Shown: positions 8,050-16,654 of the stretch, in pieces
Layout of the letters: every line of letters begins with the position of its first letter
How positions within the stretch are numbered: the stretch's first letter is position 1
NCBI GenBank assembly: GCA_050122795.1
Contig: JASFIG010000003.1
Location: 1 to 40,096 of the forward strand
Direction of reading: 5' to 3'
DNA from: Desulfobacterales bacterium
Lineage (GTDB): Bacteria > Desulfobacterota > Desulfobacteria > Desulfobacterales > JAHEIW01
Length of the DNA stretch: 40,096 bases
Translations under genes and position numbers: made by a program
The notes under the pieces: model-generated
Told to the model about the DNA's origin: nothing
What the model saw: only the letters and a program-made list of their open reading frames with translations
The model's database searches: none

Positions 8050-8577
8050 TTAGCTGTCTTCGCTTTTCGGTTTTTTGTCGAAAAGATATTCATCCAATTT
8101 TTGCAATTGGTCTTCTTCCGCATCGCTGAAGCTGGCGCCCACATGGATCTCATCTCCTGTATCCCGCATGTGTTTGGCATTGCAGTCGAAGTGGAGCGCA
8201 TCCGTCTCACCGGGGACCTGGATCTCAAGACCAAAATCCGGCAGCTTACCGACCGAAGAAAAGCGGACGTCTGAACTTTTCGGATATGTAATCAAGGCGC
8301 CCCCCAGCGATAGGTCCAAAACGACCCCCGGCACCGCCTTTTTGGTTTGGCCTTCAGTAAAAGTGGTTTCTGTCGGTACTGTAATTTTTTTACGTTCAAA
8401 CTGGCGCCGCTCGGCACCATAATCAACATCGCTGAGAAACCCTTCCCGGGTTAAAAAGTCCATGATGATTTTGTGAAGCAATGAGGCCACAGAGCGCTGC
8501 TCCTTGTTTGATGCCCGCTGCAGCGCATCGCGCACTTTGCTGTTCATTCGTAAGGAAAAAATCTTATCTTTTTTCAT
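8050..8577 (-). CDS. Ribbon-helix-helix + PilZ domain fusion protein (putative c-di-GMP-responsive regulator)
   Basis: N-terminal IFSLRMNSKVRDALQRASNKEQRSVASLLHKII (RHH pattern); ERRQFER (RxxxR) and DLSLGG (DxSxxG) PilZ motifs; GGAGG RBS before ATG 8577. Confidence 0.8.
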   Translation of the reverse strand: MKKDKIFSLRMNSKVRDALQRASNKEQRSVASLLHKIIMDFLTREGFLSDVDYGAERRQFERKKITVPTETTFTEGQTKKAVPGVVLDLSLGGALITYPKSSDVRFSSVGKLPDFGLEIQVPGETDALHFDCNAKHMRDTGDEIHVGASFSDAEEDQLQKLDEYLFDKKPKSEDS

Positions 8578-8618
8578 TGCGGGATACCTCCACACAAAAA
8601 TAGCCGAATCACCGAAAA

Positions 8619-8768
8619 TCTGGCAACCCGGCTTGCTAAACTGTGGCAATCGTTTATGGGTCGATTCATCAGAGGATCTATTCCTTTTTGACTCATCAAC
8701 GAATTAACGTTGAGCTTTAGACCCGTGGTTTTCGGCCCCCACCTTCCACAGGATTTGGCGTTCACAGA
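8619..8768 (-). ncRNA. Variant c-di-GMP-I (GEMM-I)-like riboswitch
   Basis: Minus strand reads UCUG...GCCAAAUCCUGU-GGAA-GGUGGGGGCCGAAAACCACGGGUCUAAAG...UUUAGCAAGCCGGGUUGCCAGA. It has a GNRA loop, a P3 base AACC.CGG/CCG.GGUU and the 3' GGGUUGCC; it lies in the 5' UTR of a PilZ gene. Confidence 0.6.
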
Positions 8769-8790
8769 AAAATATACTGACTTCGGCGCT

Positions 8791-8820
8791 AGCATAGCAT
8801 AAAAAGTAATACATTGTCAA
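8791..8820 (-). promoter_or_regulatory. Putative sigma70 promoter for the riboswitch/RHH-PilZ transcript
   Basis: TTGACA-N18-TATGCT on the minus strand, about 20 nt upstream of the riboswitch. Confidence 0.5.
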
Positions 8821-9029
8821 TACAACTTGTTCAATTTCAATTCCTGATGTCCAACTGAAAAATCAAAAATTCTTAGGTCGTTTCATATGAACGATGCCTA
8901 TTACGCTCCGAATTTTCATCGCAAAATAGGACTGGTTGACAATTCAAATAGGCAGCTTACATTATCCTCAACTTAGTTAATATTTTATGAAAGAGCGAAC
9001 AGCAAACGATCAGAAACGGAGAGTATGAA

Positions 9030-9707
9030 ATGGCGTTTGAAACCAAAGAGCAGGTTCTGGAAAGTATTTTGAGCCGCGAAAAACCCAGCTGCCCGCATTG
9101 CGGAGAGGAAATGAACCTCTGGGAAGTTCCGCCGGTGAACATGGGTGACGGCCTGGGCTGGGGAACCCCTTATCTGTATATCTGCTTTAATGATCATTGC
9201 AACTGCTATGCGCAAGGCTGGGATCACGTCAAAGAAAATTATGCGCATAATGCATCCTATCGATGCATGAACTATCCGGGGACCGAAACATATGAAATTA
9301 TGCCGGTCTTTAGCAGTATGGGCGGTCGGGGACAGGTTGTAGACGATCAGGTGCTGGCCGAACAGGAAGCCTTGAAGGAGGCCACCAAAAGGGGCTTTTC
9401 AGTTCTTGCCGACTGTTACGTCAGCAAAGACGGGCCCCAGATTCTCAAAATACTGCTAGACACCACAGAGCCGATGCGTGTTCGCATTAAAGCTGCGGAA
9501 ATGATAGGAGACACTGGTGAACTGGAGGCCATCGAGCCTATCCGCAACGTCAATTTTGGCAATAATATCCTGCAAGAAAAGGTTGATGTCGCCATTTCCA
9601 ATATACACAAACGATTTTATACACGGGAGTGCCCTTTTTGCGCTGAAATTATCAAAAAAAGGGCCAAGGTTTGTAAGCACTGTCAAAAGGAAGTCGCCGG
9701 CCTCTAA
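9030..9707 (+). CDS. Zinc-ribbon domain protein with a HEAT-like segment, function unknown
   Basis: N-terminal CPHC plus further Cys, RIKAAEMIGDTG helical repeat, C-terminal CPFCAE..KVCKHC; GGAG RBS. Confidence 0.75.
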   Translation: MAFETKEQVLESILSREKPSCPHCGEEMNLWEVPPVNMGDGLGWGTPYLYICFNDHCNCYAQGWDHVKENYAHNASYRCMNYPGTETYEIMPVFSSMGGRGQVVDDQVLAEQEALKEATKRGFSVLADCYVSKDGPQILKILLDTTEPMRVRIKAAEMIGDTGELEAIEPIRNVNFGNNILQEKVDVAISNIHKRFYTRECPFCAEIIKKRAKVCKHCQKEVAGL

Positions 9708-9747
9708 ATAGGCATAAAAAATCCATATTCTGCTCGATCGCTGGGTT

Positions 9748-9897
9748 GTAAAACAGTTCAAAATGCTCACCTATCGCGGCAGAATGCCGCTCCCACATGA
9801 TTTTATATAGATAGTAGATTTTATCTGATATGTGGCATTAAGCTGGTGGGAGTTGCTTCCAGCCACGATTTTACGCTCCGCGCTCGGCCTGTTTTAC
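9748..9897. repeat. Composite intergenic repeat: short terminal IRs enclosing a divergent REP pair
   Basis: GTAAAACAG 9748-9756 / CTGTTTTAC 9889-9897; REP copies at 9774-9796 and 9846-9868. Confidence 0.65.
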
Positions 9898-10119
9898 GCC
9901 TTTTGAATAGCTTAATGCTCATAGCAACAGATGTGAAGTCCCGTTTTAGCGGGGCTATCAAACAAAATCAAATATTTTAATCCCAGATCATATTATTCAT
10001 ATCATTACGAATATTCTTCAGGCAAATTCTGAGTTCACAGAGCCAACATAACGTGAACATAAAAAAAGAATTTTAGAAAAAAAATTTAAGGTTTTTGTTA
10101 GATTACCGATATTTATAGC

Positions 10120-10500
10120 ATGAAGAAACTTGACCGCCGAAAATTTCCCCGAATTAAAGTGTGCAACCCCGTTGCCTACGATAGTATGGACAAGGATGGT
10201 GTTCTGGTTGATCAGAATATGGGAATCGCCCTGGACATCAGCCAAAATGGCATCCTTTTGGAAACGGCCCAGATGATCCAGCAAAAAAATATCTATCTGG
10301 TATTTGTGGATATGGAAGAAAATATGACCAGAATCATCGGAAGGGTTGTGTTTTCCGTCAAGAACAAGGATGGAAATTTCAAAAGCGGTATCAACTTTCA
10401 GGGCGACTCCGATGAAAACATCGCGTTTGCGACCAAATTAATCGAAGCCTATCGTGAATTTGAATCAGAGCCCATTCTGATCAACGGCGCCAGGGCATAA
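10120..10500 (+). CDS. Stand-alone PilZ domain protein
   Basis: DRRKFPR (RxxxR) and DISQNG (DxSxxG) motifs. Confidence 0.85.
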   Translation: MKKLDRRKFPRIKVCNPVAYDSMDKDGVLVDQNMGIALDISQNGILLETAQMIQQKNIYLVFVDMEENMTRIIGRVVFSVKNKDGNFKSGINFQGDSDENIAFATKLIEAYREFESEPILINGARA

Positions 10501-10548
10501 ATCTGCAACGATTTTCATTCCTTTTTGTCACATCTTTCGCTTTGAACC

Positions 10549-11106
10549 CTATTTTATGTTTCGGCCCACATTGACATTCATGCTGTCGTAGGACCGGAAT
10601 ATCAAAGATTCTCGCTCCCGCTTTTCTTCGGGAAAGGGCAGCAGGACCCACTTGCTGAGCTTTTCAATGGCCTCCTCTTTTGACGGTATGGCATCCAGCC
10701 CCTCCCCCAGTTTGCGGCCGGAAACCGTATCCAGTACGATTGCCGTGCGGCCGTCAGATACGACACTCAGCGGGATTTGATTTTTTTCCAGCAGCCGGGC
10801 AGCTGCCAGTATTTCCCTCTCCCGTGACCCCAGGGAAGCCGCCGCACATTTAAAGGCCATGAGGCGGACGGCGCCGCCGTCGACACTAACGATTAGATCA
10901 ATTTGCGAGCGGTAAGGCTGGCCGGCAATGCTGATTTCAAGGTCCACATCAACTTCGATATCTTCTTTGGCATAGCCATTTTCGATGACCAAAAATTTCT
11001 CCACTATCTGCCGATTTTCCTCAGCCCCCACATTGGGAATTTCTTTACCGGTCACAAAATCGGTGATCATGGAATAGGGTTTTAGCGTTTCAGGCATCGT
11101 ACTCAC
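10549..11106 (-). CDS. Stand-alone type I restriction enzyme HsdR N-terminal-like domain protein
   Basis: EENRQ...GYAKEDIEVD...IDLIV...VVSDG pattern; no helicase domain. Confidence 0.65.
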   Translation of the reverse strand: MSTMPETLKPYSMITDFVTGKEIPNVGAEENRQIVEKFLVIENGYAKEDIEVDVDLEISIAGQPYRSQIDLIVSVDGGAVRLMAFKCAAASLGSREREILAAARLLEKNQIPLSVVSDGRTAIVLDTVSGRKLGEGLDAIPSKEEAIEKLSKWVLLPFPEEKRERESLIFRSYDSMNVNVGRNIK

Positions 11107-11149
11107 TTAAACGAGCGTTTCAAAGGCTCCCCGACATAAGCGTTCAGTC

Positions 11150-11527
11150 CTATTGTTTTGAGCTTTGCAACTTTTTCAGTGCCGGAGGTTCAATCCGTTT
11201 GGCATCCACCCAGAGGCCTTCAAGGTCAAAAAATTCACGGACCGGCGCGTAAAATATGTGGATGATCACGTCACCGTAATCCAGTAACACCCAGTGTCCC
11301 TCGTTGGTGCCTTCGACACTCAGCGGTTTGATTTTATGCTTTTTTAAATGGTCAATCGCAGCGTCTGCAATCGCATTAACCTGGCGGTTCGACTGCCCGC
11401 TACAGATAATAAATGCATCGGCAATGGATGTCAGGTTTCTGACATCTAAAACAACTAAATTTAGTGCTTTCTTTTTCGTTATTGCTTCTATGAACAGATC
11501 AAGCGCAGCAGCTGCGTCTTTGCTCAT
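11150..11527 (-). CDS. rsfS: Ribosome silencing factor RsfS
   Basis: KKALNLVVLDV, IICSGQSNRQV, WVLLDYGDVIIHIF, FFDLEGLW; ATG 11527 overlaps the nadD stop. Confidence 0.95.
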   Translation of the reverse strand: MSKDAAAALDLFIEAITKKKALNLVVLDVRNLTSIADAFIICSGQSNRQVNAIADAAIDHLKKHKIKPLSVEGTNEGHWVLLDYGDVIIHIFYAPVREFFDLEGLWVDAKRIEPPALKKLQSSKQ

Positions 11528-12189
11528 GTATATAGTCCTTTTTGGTGTATATATTCTGCCACCCGAGCCGGCACCCAATTTTCGATGGCTTGTTTTTGTT
11601 TAACTGCTTGCCGAATTTGGGTCGAAGAAATATCCAGCGCGTTGACGTCACAGAAATGGATGGGCTGCATGCCCGGGGATGTAAAACAGTCTTGAGCGTC
11701 TGAAAACTGATAATCTGCCGCTATGTTGGACTTAAGATAATGCCCGAGGTGTTTGCAACCCTGCTGCACACCTTGATGCCGATCATTGGGTCGGGCCATG
11801 ACGATCACAGAAATCTGTTCGAGCAAGTCGCGGTAAGATTTCCAGGTGTCGAACTCGAGAAAGGCATCCATACCCATAATAAGAAAGATCAGCGCATCAT
11901 CGGGCTGCGTGCTTTTAAAATGATAGATCGTATCAATTGTATACGACGGTCCCCTGCGCTGTAATTCGACATCCGAAACAATTATTCCGTCCATGTCGCT
12001 GATCGCCAGATGGATCATCGCAAGGCGGTCATCGGCACTTGTCACCGAGATCGGTGTTTTATGGGGCGGCAATGCGGCTGGAATTAAATAGATCGGATCC
12101 AGGTTAAAAATTTTTTTAACTTCTGACGCAGCCCACAAATGCCCCCGGTGAATGGGATCAAAGGTGCCGCCGAATAGTCCAATGCGCAT
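11524..12189 (-). CDS. nadD: Nicotinate-nucleotide adenylyltransferase
   Basis: GLFGGTFDPIHRGH, SYTIDT, ISSTQIR motifs. Confidence 0.95.
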   Translation of the reverse strand: MRIGLFGGTFDPIHRGHLWAASEVKKIFNLDPIYLIPAALPPHKTPISVTSADDRLAMIHLAISDMDGIIVSDVELQRRGPSYTIDTIYHFKSTQPDDALIFLIMGMDAFLEFDTWKSYRDLLEQISVIVMARPNDRHQGVQQGCKHLGHYLKSNIAADYQFSDAQDCFTSPGMQPIHFCDVNALDISSTQIRQAVKQKQAIENWVPARVAEYIHQKGLYT

Positions 12190-12244
12190 ATGAGTTCAAT
12201 ACCATATCCATCCAGTGCGAATCAAACACTTGCATGCCGGGCAT

Positions 12245-13276
12245 TCATTTGTCTGAATCGATTTGATCCTGTTGGCCACTCGCGGATTTATCGAGCAGTT
12301 CGATCGTTCGCGACAGCAAGCGCTTGATCCCCCGGTTTTCTTTTGCCGAAATTAAAAAGACCGGTTCCGGATCGAGCGCAGCCACAAAAGCCTCTGCCGC
12401 TTTGGCGGCGCTCGGCAAATCCATTTTGTTGAGCGCCACGATTTGAGGCTTCTCGGTCAACTGCGGATTGAAGGATTTTAATTCGCGGTTGACGGTTTTA
12501 AAGTGACGGCGGGGATGTCCCACATCTATGCCCCCGACATCGATCAGGTGTATCAAAATTCGGGTGCGCTCAATATGCCGTAAAAACCGGGTGCCGAGAC
12601 CCGCACCCTCATGGGCGCCTTCAATTAAACCGGGAATATCGGCAACCACAAACGGATCGCCCCAATCGGTTTCAACAACGCCAAGAGTCGGCGTCAGTGT
12701 GGTAAACGGATAGTTCGCAATTTTAGGGGCGGCGGATGAGATCACGCTGATCAGCGTGGATTTACCGGCATTGGGCAGGCCGATAATGCCCACATCGGCT
12801 AACAGCTTAAGTTCCAGTTTGAGTTCGCGGATTTGCCCGGCTTCGCCGGGCTGGGCATAACGGGGGGTTCGGTTGGTCGATGTTTTAAAGCGTGCATTCC
12901 CGAGGCCGCCCCGGCCGCCTTTTACGACCGTGAAAGATTCACCGTCGGTGGTAAAATCCTTTATCACTTCACCGGTAGCGGCATCTTTGACCAGGGTGCC
13001 GGGTGGAATTTCGATGATCAGATCCTGGCCGTTTCTGCCGGTTTTTTGTTTACCCTGGCCGTGGGCGCCTTTTTGGGCTTTAAACTGACGTTTGAATTGA
13101 AATGGATAAAGGGTGCGGCGGCGCAAAGAGCTCTTTAGAATGACATCTCCGCCTTTGCCGCCATCACCGCCATCCGGGCCGCCACGCGGTACATATTTTT
13201 CACGTCTTAAACTGACGCATCCCCGCCCGCCGTCACCGGACTGCACGGTGATCAGTGCTTCATCAATAAATTTCAC
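12245..13276 (-). CDS. obgE: GTPase ObgE
   Basis: Gly-rich Obg domain, [23 protein letters not shown]. Confidence 0.97.
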   Translation of the reverse strand: MKFIDEALITVQSGDGGRGCVSLRREKYVPRGGPDGGDGGKGGDVILKSSLRRRTLYPFQFKRQFKAQKGAHGQGKQKTGRNGQDLIIEIPPGTLVKDAATGEVIKDFTTDGESFTVVKGGRGGLGNARFKTSTNRTPRYAQPGEAGQIRELKLELKLLADVGIIGLPNAGKSTLISVISSAAPKIANYPFTTLTPTLGVVETDWGDPFVVADIPGLIEGAHEGAGLGTRFLRHIERTRILIHLIDVGGIDVGHPRRHFKTVNRELKSFNPQLTEKPQIVALNKMDLPSAAKAAEAFVAALDPEPVFLISAKENRGIKRLLSRTIELLDKSASGQQDQIDSDK

Positions 13277-13527
13277 TCGGCATGTACGCTGACTTTTTTG
13301 CGTGAACGGCCGACTCTTTCATAGGCAACAATGCCATCGATCTTGGCAAAAAGGGTGTAATCCTTACCCATGCCGACGTTATCGCCCGGATGGATTCGGG
13401 TTCCCAGCTGACGTACGAGGATATTGCCGGCCTTTACCTTTTGACCGCCGTAACGTTTAACACCGCGCCGTTGCGCGTTGCTGTCGCGTCCGTTTTTGGA
13501 ACTTCCTGCTGCTTTTTTATGAGCCAT
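13273..13527 (-). CDS. rpmA: 50S ribosomal protein L27
   Basis: [16 protein letters not shown]... Confidence 0.98.
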   Translation of the reverse strand: MAHKKAAGSSKNGRDSNAQRRGVKRYGGQKVKAGNILVRQLGTRIHPGDNVGMGKDYTLFAKIDGIVAYERVGRSRKKVSVHAE

Positions 13528-13680
13528 TCTGATAACTCCCTGCTTAATTTCGCATATTTAGTCTTGAAAAATTCGAAGTCCGAAACACGAAATTCTAAAC
13601 AATACCAAAATTCTAAATTCAAAACTTATCATAGCGCATATCAACAGTATTTTAAACACACTGTTTTGAAAATGGGTATT

Positions 13681-14316
13681 TTATTTGGCTTTATCCGTGG
13701 TTTTTTTTGTAGCCGCTGGTTTCTTAGCAGCTGTTTTCTTGGGAGCTGCCTTTTTGGCGGCCGTTTTGGGGGCGGCTGTCTTTGTGGCTGCAGGTTTCTT
13801 TGCTGCACCCTTTCGGGGCGGCGCTTTTTTCGCGGGTGCTGCCTTGGTTTCAGGTTTCTTCGTTTCTTTTTGCTTTGCCGCCGCTTTTGGCACTTCTGCA
13901 ACTTTTGCTTCGGCCGCTGCTTTCTTTAGTGCGGGTTTCACTTTGTCAGCCGCAGGCTTTTGGGTTTCACTTTCAGGTTCGGCCTTCTGGCGGGTTTTGA
14001 CCCCTTTCGCTTTGATGCTGTCTATTTTGATGGCCGTGTATTGCTGGCGATGGCCTTGTTTGCGGCGATAGCGTTTGCGGCGTTTATATTTGAAAACAAT
14101 GATTTTTTTCGCCTTACCCTGTTCAACGATATGACCTTCAACGACCGCATCGGCCAACACGGGTTGGCCGATAGTGACATCGGTGCCGTCAGAAATCATC
14201 AACACCTGGTCAAACGTCACCGGGCTGCCAACCTTACCGGCAATCTTTTCAACCTGTAATGTTTCACCTTCTTCAACCTTATATTGTTTACCGCCTGAAG
14301 TCACTACCGCATACAT
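13681..14316 (-). CDS. rplU: 50S ribosomal protein L21 with a ~108-aa Lys/Ala/Pro-rich C-terminal extension
   Basis: MYAVVTSGGKQYKV...KQGHRQ core (about 103 aa), then KKAAPKK-like repeats; GGAGG RBS. Confidence 0.95.
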   Translation of the reverse strand: MYAVVTSGGKQYKVEEGETLQVEKIAGKVGSPVTFDQVLMISDGTDVTIGQPVLADAVVEGHIVEQGKAKKIIVFKYKRRKRYRRKQGHRQQYTAIKIDSIKAKGVKTRQKAEPESETQKPAADKVKPALKKAAAEAKVAEVPKAAAKQKETKKPETKAAPAKKAPPRKGAAKKPAATKTAAPKTAAKKAAPKKTAAKKPAATKKTTDKAK

Positions 14317-14545
14317 CGGATTCGCCTCCTTGTTTGATGAGCCGCTTTTTTAGCATTATAAAACTTAGAATAATTAACTTATCAGAACTATTTGTCAAGA
14401 AAAAATTGAGCTTTAAACCAGAACGATCGGTTTTCGCCAACAGACTCAGCGGATAATGGATGGGTAGGAGACTTTTTCATTGAAATCGTTGCGGAGAGCA
14501 GAATGAATGAGCGCTTACAAATACCGCGCAGTGTTCAAGTGCATT

Positions 14546-15730
14546 TTACTTGTTCGGTGAGTCCGAAGAACAGTCGCAGCTCGGGCAGCAATCAGACACC
14601 ACCGACAGCGACTCGGACAGCGTTTTGTCAGGCTCAGATGTGGCTTTTTCCTGCGCCCCTGCAGGTTTGAAGCGTGTCCTGATGGCATGCCAGACAGGCT
14701 TGATGGACATCGCCAGAATCGCAAGCGCACCGATCACCCCGGCCCAGCGCGGTATAATTTCAGATGCCTGACCCACCACCGCCTGGGCTGAGATGCCTAA
14801 AGATGCATACACCTGATCGACGATCAAGCCGAATAAAACGGCGCAAACCGCAATGGATGTCAGGTAAATGGCGGTGGCCCGCTTACCCAGCACACCGGTC
14901 AAGACCGTTAAAGAAGCGATATTGGTCGCCGGCCCGGCTAAAAGAAACACCAGGGCAGCACCCGGGCTGACCCCCTTGAGGATCAGGGCCGCCGCAATGG
15001 GAGTCGAGGCTGTTGCACAGATGTACAACGGAATGCCCACCGCCAGCATGATCAGCATGGCGGGCAGTCCGGCACCCAGGTACTCGCTGAACATATCCGG
15101 CGGGATCAGCACCGTAATCAACCCGGCCAGTATCATTCCGATCATAAACCAGCCGGCCAGGTCATCCCAGAGATCATTGACGGCAAAACGCATGCCGGCG
15201 GCAAGCTTTTCCCCGAAAGTGTGATGGTGCCGATGCTCTTCAGGCGAACAGTTTTCCCCGTCGCAACAACCATCCACCGGGCAGGTGAGATCCGGGGTGA
15301 TGCGCGTCGTTTGGTTGTTTGATCCAAAAAGGTTTTCGGTAATGCCGGCAACCGCCGCGGTGATAAAGGCCACCACCGGACGCGCCACGGTCATGATGGG
15401 ATCCAGCAAGGCATAGGTGATCGAAATGGAGTCCACACCGGATTCGGGAGTTGAGATCAAAAAAGCGGTGGTGGCACCATTGCTGGCGCCCTGTTTGCGC
15501 AGCGACACGGCTGCGGGCAGCACGCCGCACGATCACAACGGGATGGGGATGCCGAAAAATGCGGCTTTTAAAACGGATTTAAAGCGTCCCTGCCCCAGGT
15601 GCCGTGTAATCGAACTTGGATTTAAAAATACCCGTAACAATCCAGCCACCAGCAATCCGAACAAAATGTAAATCGATGCGTCAACCAACAAATCCCACGT
15701 CGCCAGCAATATTTCGATGATAAAGTTCAA
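14546..15730 (-). CDS. DUF318/ArsP (SO_0444-like) metal-efflux permease, selenoprotein with Sec at residue 66, 394 aa
   Basis: ORFs 15533-15730 and 14546-15523 are in frame. Read-through gives GIPIPL-U-SCGVLP versus the family motif PLCSCGV. Also TPESGVDSI, PLYICATASTP and LLAGPATN motifs. Confidence 0.85.
15498..15515 (-). promoter_or_regulatory. SECIS-like hairpin
   Basis: Minus strand CGCAGC-cgtgtc-GCTGCG; loop starts 23 nt after the UGA at 15535-15533. Confidence 0.5.
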
Positions 15731-15910
15731 TTCGTTTCCTCATTTGAAAGGTGTCAGTGTTCCCTCCTTCGCCTGATAGGCTTTGGAGGGCAAGCACATG
15801 CGAGCATTCAGAGACCAGAATTTAGAAGACATATGATAATTGCATGTGGATCAAAAATTCTGTTGGTCATCTGTCCTCTGTTTTCTGTCTTCTGTCTTCT
15901 GAAGAATTGG

Positions 15911-16285
15911 TCATTCCGAAACGTGCTCTAACCCTACATTCAACAACTCGGCCACATGCTCATCATCCAGCGAATAATAGATTACCTGGCCCTCGCGCCG
16001 GCTTTTGACCAGCGCCAGATCCCGAAACCGCCGCAGTTGATGCGACACGGCCGACTCGGTCAGCCCCAGAAACGCGGCCAGGTCACAAACGCACATTTCA
16101 ACGTTTTTGAGCGCCATGACGATCTTCAGGCGGCTGGGATCTCCCAGGATTTTATAAATCGACGACAGGCGTTCAATCTCTTTTTCCGAGACGGTTTCTC
16201 TGCGTGCCCGCTCGACCCGATCCAGGTGGATCACCCGAACCTGGCAATCGACTCCGTCTAAACATTTGGCCTTTGCTGAGCTCAT
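15911..16285 (-). CDS. Metal-sensing ArsR/SmtB repressor (SmtB/ZiaR/CadC-like)
   Basis: EMCVCDLA (alpha3) plus N-terminal Cys, SAVSHQLR, and alpha5 site DEH-x10-H-x2-E; start ATG 16285 after GGAG. Confidence 0.9.
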   Translation of the reverse strand: MSSAKAKCLDGVDCQVRVIHLDRVERARRETVSEKEIERLSSIYKILGDPSRLKIVMALKNVEMCVCDLAAFLGLTESAVSHQLRRFRDLALVKSRREGQVIYYSLDDEHVAELLNVGLEHVSE

Positions 16286-16300
16286 TTCCACTCCTTGAAT

Positions 16301-16344
16301 ATATGAACAGACATTCATATAATTACTTTACATCCAATTGTCAA
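16301..16344 (-). promoter_or_regulatory. SmtB/CzrA-type operator overlapping the promoter
   Basis: Inverted repeat ATATGAA-cagaca-TTCATAT at 16301-16320 (TGAA-N6-TTCA core); minus-strand TTGACA at 16344-16339. Confidence 0.8.
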
Positions 16345-16363
16345 GAGCTATATTAGTTGTCCG

Positions 16364-16464
16364 GTTGAGCCCGTTGAGCCCGTTAGGCCCGTTCAAAGAG
16401 GAAAACGATCTCATTTTACACCTTTTTCTCCGCTCATTCAGCTGAACTGGCTCAACGGGCTCAA
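16364..16464. repeat. Inverted arrays of 9-bp GTTGAGCCC-like tandem units
   Basis: GTTGAGCCC GTTGAGCCC GTTAGGCCC GTTCA at 16364-16395 and TGAACTGGCTCAACGGGCTCAA at 16443-16464. Confidence 0.65.
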
Positions 16465-16527
16465 TCCCGTTTCACGGGGACCTTCGGCCGGCTTAACCGG
16501 CCAACCAACGATAGAAGATGCACTTTT

Positions 16528-16576
16528 TTAACAGGTTCTTAACAGTTACGTAACTTTATGATAACAAAACTATAAT
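16528..16576 (+). promoter_or_regulatory. Putative Pho box array and -10 element upstream of phoB
   Basis: TTAACA 16528, TTAACA 16539, GTAACT 16550, ATAACA 16561 (exact 11-bp period), then TATAAT at 16571. Confidence 0.75.
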
Positions 16577-16654
16577 ATTTTCCTTAGCCGGAGACAAATA
16601 TTAGAATTACGTTAGCACTACCCATTAACCCCATACCAATTTTGGAGTTTAACA

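Noticed and set aside
13390-14259. Cys/Phe-rich and Ala-rich plus-strand ORFs
   Set aside because: Antisense and frame shadows of the low-complexity rplU tail.
15762-15790. CCCTCCTTCGCC...GGCTTTGGAGGG hairpin between the repressor and permease genes
   Set aside because: Looks like a single REP-like palindrome; only one copy in the window, so no family or function can be supported.
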